From a virus (Duplodnaviria; Caudoviricetes), in the IMG/VR virus record IMGVR_UViG_3300011517_000006, positions 24,476-88,475 of that record: a stretch of DNA of 64,000 nt. The stretch is one strand, 5' to 3'. Both the position numbers and the translations under genes were made by a program. Shown piece after piece: positions 63,827-64,000 of this stretch (positions are counted from its first letter, which is position 1; each line of letters starts with the position of its first letter). The notes under the pieces are model-generated. The model made no database searches, was not told the DNA's origin, and worked only from the letters and a program-made list of their open reading frames with translations.

Positions 63827-64000
63827 CTACGCGGGTGTGCGCTCTTTGACTGTGAGCTTCGCCGCGGCAACACGGGCCTTCAGGGCAGCGCTTGCACGCG
63901 GCGGGTTCTTACAGTCGCGCGCGATCTTTTCCAGTTCGCGAGTGCTGAGGCGTGCAAGCGGCTTGAAGATGCCCGCGCGAGGCTTGAACGAAATGGCCAT
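63827..64000 (-). CDS. DUF1778/TacA-like antitoxin (possibly truncated by the window edge)
   Basis: Read by hand: MAISF...LSTRELEKIARDCKNPPRASAALKARV, resembling the TacA C-terminal L..PP.PN.AL motif; stops 4 nt before the toxin. Confidence 0.6.
   Translation of the reverse strand: MAISFKPRAGIFKPLARLSTRELEKIARDCKNPPRASAALKARVAAAKLTVKERTPA

Larger units (their letters stand above)
25550..64000. mobile_element. Prophage 2 (HK97-like siphovirus, tyrosine integrase); right att outside window
   Basis: int-xis, cI/cro/cII, replication, HNH-terS-terL-portal-protease-capsid, tail and lysis genes in canonical order. Confidence 0.92.

Overview
High-GC alphaproteobacterial DNA; a Caulobacteraceae/Brevundimonas-like host is inferred from the MucR-, CtrA- and GTA-like proteins. 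The whole window is two adjacent temperate prophages joined at the 3' half of a tRNA-Met(CAT) gene (25512-25556, minus strand). Prophage 1 (<1 to ~25556) is lambda-like. On the minus strand it carries an S49 head protease, portal, gpW, GpA terminase, a NusG paralog, a primase/helicase pair with an iteron origin, a DNA methyltransferase and cro. On the plus strand it carries cI, an accessory early operon and a large serine integrase. Prophage 2 (~25550 to >64000) is an HK97-like siphovirus with a tyrosine integrase, xis, cI/cro/cII, replication genes, HNH, terminase, portal, protease, capsid, tail, lysis genes and a terminal GNAT toxin-antitoxin pair. The most notable observations: (1) both integrases converge and stop inside the same tRNA anticodon loop, and the serine integrase C-terminus is encoded by the tRNA antisense strand; (2) prophage 1 encodes host-regulator-type DNA-binding domains without their usual partner domains (a receiver-less CtrA-like wHTH, a ParB-MucR fusion, a TetR HTH); (3) a membrane-protein cassette flanked by a 17-bp direct repeat sits in the prophage 2 tail region. 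All product calls come from motif recognition by eye. No database searches were run.
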